This document shows, piece after piece, positions 59,030 through 64,000 of a stretch of 64,000 nt of DNA. The stretch lies in contig OX597828.1 in assembly GCA_951406725.2 (NCBI GenBank), positions 76,632,001-76,696,000 on the forward strand, read 5' to 3'. The translations under genes and the position numbers were made by a program. The notes below the pieces were generated by a model. It was not told the DNA's origin. It ran no database searches and saw only the letters and a list, made by a program, of their open reading frames with translations. This DNA comes from Octopus vulgaris (taxonomy: Eukaryota). The stretch's first letter is position 1, and every line of letters begins with the position of its first letter.

Positions 59030-59079
59030 CAAAATCTGTTACTCTGAGTTTCTCGTTGCCGTTCATCAGACAGTTTTTG
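59030..59079 (-). ncRNA. Minimal type I hammerhead ribozyme
   Basis: caaaaactgt-CTGATGA-acggcaacga-GAAA-ctcagaG-TA|acagattttg: P1 pairs 9 of 10, tiny P2, near-palindromic P3 ACTCAGAGT, GUA triplet. Confidence 0.8.
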
Positions 59080-60104
59080 CTAGAATGGAACTTATATATT
59101 AATTCAATCTATACTCTTACAAACGCTACACCTTTAAAAAGAAATGGACTTGTTTGATTGGCCCTTTAGAAAAAACGGTCAATCTTCGAGCGATAAACAA
59201 AAAGGTCAAAAATATATGTATATATATATATAAAAACTTATAAAAATTATAAAATCCGAGGAAAAAACCGAGGAAAAAACCTATTGCCGTTAATGAAGAC
59301 AGTACAAATTAATGCATAGAAATTAAACCTGTTATAAATACTGCAATACATATTTATATTAAAATCCACATATATATATCAACATACACAAAAGGATGCG
59401 CGTAAACGCCATACATACATATACAGACGTATGAATATGAATCTAAATTATACACATAAAAGCATGTGTACATATATTCACGCAAACCGTCTCGCACGCA
59501 AGCTAAAATTCATCTATGTAGCAATTCTCATATACTGAACAAGGAGGGGGAACGAAAGAAAGGGAAAGAGAGAAAAAGGAACGAAAGAGGGGTGGTGGGG
59601 GGAAAACTTGTAGCAATGTTATTGGCATCTATAGAGGCCAGTATACATACACAAGTTTGAATTGATACATATACATACCGTCGTGTGTATGCGTGCTTAA
59701 GCACAAGCATACTTTCACTTACACATACACAGATACGCATGCTTACAAATACATATGCTTTGCTATACATATACTTATATAAACATTCTAATTTTGACAA
59801 CATTGCTTTTTTTTAAAAAAAACATTGCTTTTAAAAAATGGGTGCATTAATAAAAATATATACGAAAGACATATAAAATAAAATATAACATCCTATTTTG
59901 GGTCATTTATAAATAATCAAGGTAATATAAATAATCAAGGTAATATAAATAATCAAGGTAATCCTATGCAATACAATAACATGAAAACAAAGTTTGTAGG
60001 TTTTTCCTAATATATATGTAGAAACAATAAGACTTTGCTATAGGTCCGTCGTAGCGCTTAAGAGTCAAAATCAAAATCAAAAATCAAAATACAAAATATA
60101 TGCT

Positions 60105-60912
60105 CTATCCATATGGTATATTTATATTCGACATTTTAAATTTAGCCGCGTGCCTACATAAGTTCATTAATTCACTTCTTTGATTCAAAGAATTATTGTC
60201 TTTGAATAAGATGTGCATTTTCTCTAATAAGCAAAGCTTGCACTTGAAATTATATTTGTAAGCTCCATGCCTGTATGGTGCCGCCCTGTCCAGAATGCTC
60301 CATGTCACGTTGAAAGGTGGGGCTTCCTTTTCTTTTAGTTCCCAGACATATTTTGCTAGGCTGGTTTTCTTCCTATTCTCTGGGTATTTAAAAGAATTCT
60401 TATGAGAATAAAATCTTGTTTTAAATGAATTTTCTGAAGCCCCTGTGTATGTCTTGTATTCCGATGAGCCTTCCACTTGCACCTTGGCTCTATAAACTAC
60501 TCCTTTCACTAGACATTTCCCTTCTAACGGACAGGAGCTTTCGTTTTTGCAATTACATTTCTTAATGGGCTCGGCACCATGTATAATCTCAATTAGCTTC
60601 CTATTATGTTGGCTAATGTAAGAGGCGAAATTTCTGCAACAAGAATAGCTAACCTTCAGGGTTCTTCTATTAAATATTCTGTAGAATTTATGACCCTGCT
60701 TAAAATGCTTAGAGACTAATCTCAAAAATTCCTTACCTATATTAGTCTTTACGGCCAAATTGAAAGCCGGGTTGAACCACAAAACTTTCCTGGTCCTAGT
60801 TCTTCGTGCAGCATTATTATTAGCATTAAGCTGGTTGAACTGGATCTTCTCCGAGAATCCACTATTCTTTAATGCGCTATCGTAATAAGGTGCAGCATTA
60901 TGGAATATATTA

Positions 60913-60914
<2 letters not shown>
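60105..60914 (-). CDS. PLE polyprotein C-terminal fragment (RT C-terminus, Cys-rich linker, GIY-YIG endonuclease), Naiad-like; no true start codon
   Basis: About 270 uninterrupted codons with WFNP, VKTNIGKEFL, IFNR.T.KVSYSC, CNC....CPL.G.C, GVVY...YTG (GIY-YIG), FKTRF..H, CKLCLLEK, LNQRSEL...CRH. The track's N-terminal poly-N is a flanking microsatellite. Confidence 0.93.
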
Positions 60915-60968
<54 letters not shown>

Positions 60969-61273
60969 CAAGCTGATGTATATCTCTGTGATATACACCT
61001 ATATACATATAATACATGTGTACGTGCGTACATTCATATATAATTGTATTTCTATTGGTGTGAATATGCATGGTTATGTATGTAAGAATATAATTACGTA
61101 ATTATATATATACACATACACCTCGCGAAATGTGGAAAAATAATTTTATGTAATACACTGAAAATTGTCAGTAAGAAGCCAGCGGAAAATACGTGTGGCC
61201 GTACAAATGCTCGCACACACAAAGACGTGTGTTTGTGTATGTGTGAGTCGGAAAAAAATTTAAGTACAGTACA

Positions 61274-61315
<42 letters not shown>

Positions 61316-61350
61316 TCATACACACCCGTACACATACATACCTTATTTGA

Positions 61351-61396
<46 letters not shown>

Positions 61397-61422
61397 TTTA
61401 TTTTAAGCAGCAGAAAATTCAA

Positions 61423-61472
61423 CAAAATCTGTTACTCTGAGTTTCTCGTTGCCGTTCATCAGACAGTTTTTG
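61423..61472 (-). ncRNA. Minimal type I hammerhead ribozyme (left arm)
   Basis: Identical to 59030-59079. Confidence 0.78.
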
Positions 61473-61514
61473 CTAGAATGGAACATATATATTAATATAT
61501 ATGTTCCATTCTAG

Positions 61515-61564
61515 CAAAAACTGTCTGATGAACGGCAACGAGAAACTCAGAGTAACAGATTTTG
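61515..61564 (+). ncRNA. Minimal type I hammerhead ribozyme (right arm)
   Basis: caaaaactgtCTGATGAacggcaacgaGAAActcagaGTAacagattttg read directly on the plus strand. Confidence 0.8.
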
Positions 61565-61660
61565 TTGAATGTTCTGCTGCTTAAAATAAAGCATATTACT
61601 CTACCACTGGTATTTGAGTACTCTTTTTTCCACCTTGTTTCACATTTATGTGTTTACTCC

Positions 61661-61703
<43 letters not shown>

Positions 61704-61771
61704 AAACTTACGGATTTTCATACATCTATACATACATACATACACACATATATATTCATATATATACTCAT

Positions 61772-61823
<52 letters not shown>

Positions 61824-61902
61824 GAGATGCATATTTCTCGATAGATACACATACACATACACACATACACACGCACAAACACAAATACACGTACACGCAT
61901 GC

Positions 61903-61944
<42 letters not shown>

Positions 61945-62194
61945 TTGAAAACACTGAAACATAACCACAGATCTTTGTTACTATTAATATATGTGTCACC
62001 AATCATACATATATACAAACACATACAAACACACACACACACGCATCCACATTAATTTCTCATCGTAACTTCTATTGTTTGTCAACATTGACGTTGATGT
62101 GGATTTAAAAAAGTATTAAAAATAATGTGCGATGTTTGAGATTTGACGAGATGGAACACGAAAATTACACAAACTTCAACAAGCATAAATCTCA

Positions 62195-62232
<38 letters not shown>

Positions 62233-62323
62233 CATCTACATATACATGTATACATATATATATATATATATATTGTAAACATATAATATATATTATATAT
62301 ATTTATATATATAATATATATAT

Positions 62324-62354
<31 letters not shown>

Positions 62355-62450
62355 CTATATATACTATCTATATATAATAATATGTATTATATAATATATA
62401 TATGTAAATAAATATGTATGCATATATTTATTTATTTATTTATCTATCTA

Positions 62451-62492
<42 letters not shown>

Positions 62493-62607
62493 AGAGAGAG
62501 AGAGAGAGAGAGAGATAGATAGATAGATAGATAGATAGCTATAGGTATAGATATAGATAGATACACACCCCCACATATATATATACACATGTATATATAT
62601 ATATTAT

Positions 62608-62661
<54 letters not shown>

Positions 62662-63555
62662 CATATACATATACAAGTATTATATGAATTGGTGTATATA
62701 TATGTTTGTGTGGTAACGGAACATTACGTTCAATAAACATACATGCAACAAAGAATTCTTTCGACAAATGTAATTTGATTTACTGAAGTTACCAATTACT
62801 GGCAAAATACGTTCACACACTTTTTCTGTACCTCTCACTTTCTCCGTATCTCTCTTTCTTCTTTCTCTCTCTCTTCTCCCTCTTTCTCTCGCTGTCTTTC
62901 TCTTTCACTCTCTCCTCCTTCCTCTATCTTCCACTCTCTTTCTATCTCCAACTAACTTTTACTCTGTCTCCCTCTTCATTATGACGTACTCTTTGCTATT
63001 GATTTATCGCATGGACATTGATGTAAGACTGGATAGGGAAGAGTGTGGGCGTGGAGTGGCTTAGTGGAATGGAGTGGCGTAGTGGAAAAGAGTGGCGAAG
63101 TACAGTGTTCCGTAATGCAGTTGATCGTTGTACAGAGTCGTGTGATATAGGTTTGTAGTGTTAGTGCTTGTGTTGTGCAGTGCATTATAATTTTAGGTTC
63201 GTTCTCTTAGTATTCTACATTAGCATCTGTCTGGTTGTCATAAAAGAAGTTCTGAGGCGAGCTGAACAGCATAAGCTCTTGAGAGTAAAAGCACCAGTGT
63301 TGCAACTGTTTCCGTCCTTCTCGCCTTTCAGTCTGAAAGGGCCAATGGGCAGCCGGGTCATAGTTCCTGGACACCTTTGTCCTGCCAGGTTCTCTTCTAC
63401 TGTCTGCATTGCAATCTTCCTGGAGGATTAAGGTACCTAAAATCCAGGGTAACTTGAGTGTTTCATTCAGTTCAGTCGCAGATTCCAGTTGAATGCAGGC
63501 TAAATTATACCTTTTGATAATTCATTTTCATCATTCCTTTATCAGATCCGTTGGT

Positions 63556-63610
63556 AACTCTTACAAGCTGTTTCGGCCTTAAACTTAAAAGACCCGGTTC
63601 TTCAGTAATT
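63556..63610 (-). ncRNA. Degenerate hammerhead motif
   Basis: Minus strand CTGAAGA-accgggtcttttaagtttaaggcc-GAAAC-agctt-GTA; P2 and P3 are plausible but P1 does not pair. Confidence 0.42.
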
Positions 63611-64000
63611 GAAAGCCATTTAATGAGATCACATGCAGATTTGCCTGCAAACCGTCTCGCACTTAATTAGCGATGACTTTCGTTCGAAATACAGATGCTC
63701 TAATTATTTCTTCCGTATTGAAGATGTGAGTCATGCATTCTGCCTCAATATGGCATGGTGCACGAAATCAGAATGATTTGTTTTAATGCATGCGAGATAC
63801 GTCTATCGTCCGGTTTGCCTCATGCCACTCTTCTTAATGATGTCTGGGTGCTTATTTTCCATTCCGGAAGGTTCTGCTGTGGACTTTTAGTCATCCACTC
63901 CACCCCGTAGACCCTACATTTGCAATGCCGTTGACACAGTCACTCCATTCCACAACATGTTATCCCTTGTTTTGCAGGACATTGGTTGAGCTTCCGATGG

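Larger units (their letters stand above)
59001..60914 (-). mobile_element. 5'-truncated Penelope-like retroelement (Naiad-type): ORF, ~1-kb 3' region and hammerhead-bearing terminal repeat
   Basis: The GIY-YIG ORF is followed downstream on the same strand by a hammerhead and AATAAA ending in (TA)n; the 5' end is truncated at (TTA)n. Confidence 0.85.
61394..61663. mobile_element. Inverted PLE terminal-repeat pair: 196-bp spacerless palindrome (61396-61591) plus a ~70-bp one-sided tail
   Basis: 98-bp arms with one mismatch, centre TT|AA at 61493/61494; the left arm is nearly identical to 59001-59100; (TA)n on both flanks. Confidence 0.92.

Noticed and set aside
60105-60914. Selenoprotein-type recoding, reported for some Naiad elements
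   Set aside because: No in-frame TGA in the visible fragment and no SECIS recognised.
60915-60998. N-terminal MYITEIYISLY-poly-N extension of the PLE ORF
   Set aside because: A flanking (TTA)n tract and a chance start; PLE similarity begins at about DNIFHNAAP.
63168-63431. Possible host exon in a more GC-rich stretch with short ORFs on both strands
   Set aside because: No recognisable domain and no convincing splice-site pair.
63960-64000. Splice-acceptor-like tcccttgttttgcag near the window end
   Set aside because: Too little downstream sequence to evaluate; such motifs are common by chance.

Overview
Eukaryotic, AT-rich, extremely repeat-dense DNA with no recognisable host exon, so probably intergenic or inside a long intron. 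The mix of tRNA-derived SINEs and (TA)n/(CA)n/(ATT)n/(GATA)n microsatellites points to an octopus or other coleoid cephalopod; this is an inference. Almost all ORFs in the supplied track are microsatellite artefacts. The only long real reading frame is a 5'-truncated Penelope-like element (PLE, Naiad-type) encoding the RT C-terminus, a Cys-rich linker and a GIY-YIG endonuclease (60105-60914, minus). Its terminal repeat carries a minimal type I hammerhead ribozyme. The same repeat forms a near-perfect 196-bp spacerless palindrome at 61396-61591, with a collapsed relative at 27491-27663. A second, unrelated, intact-looking hammerhead lies at 30388-30470, and several decayed hammerhead motifs occur elsewhere. 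Also present: Dong/R4 LINE fragments in TAA tracts, CR1/L2- and L1/Tx1-like relics, four SINE families, mariner-derived MITEs, hAT ends and several long-TIR fold-back elements. All alignments and RNA folds were read by eye, so element boundaries are approximate.
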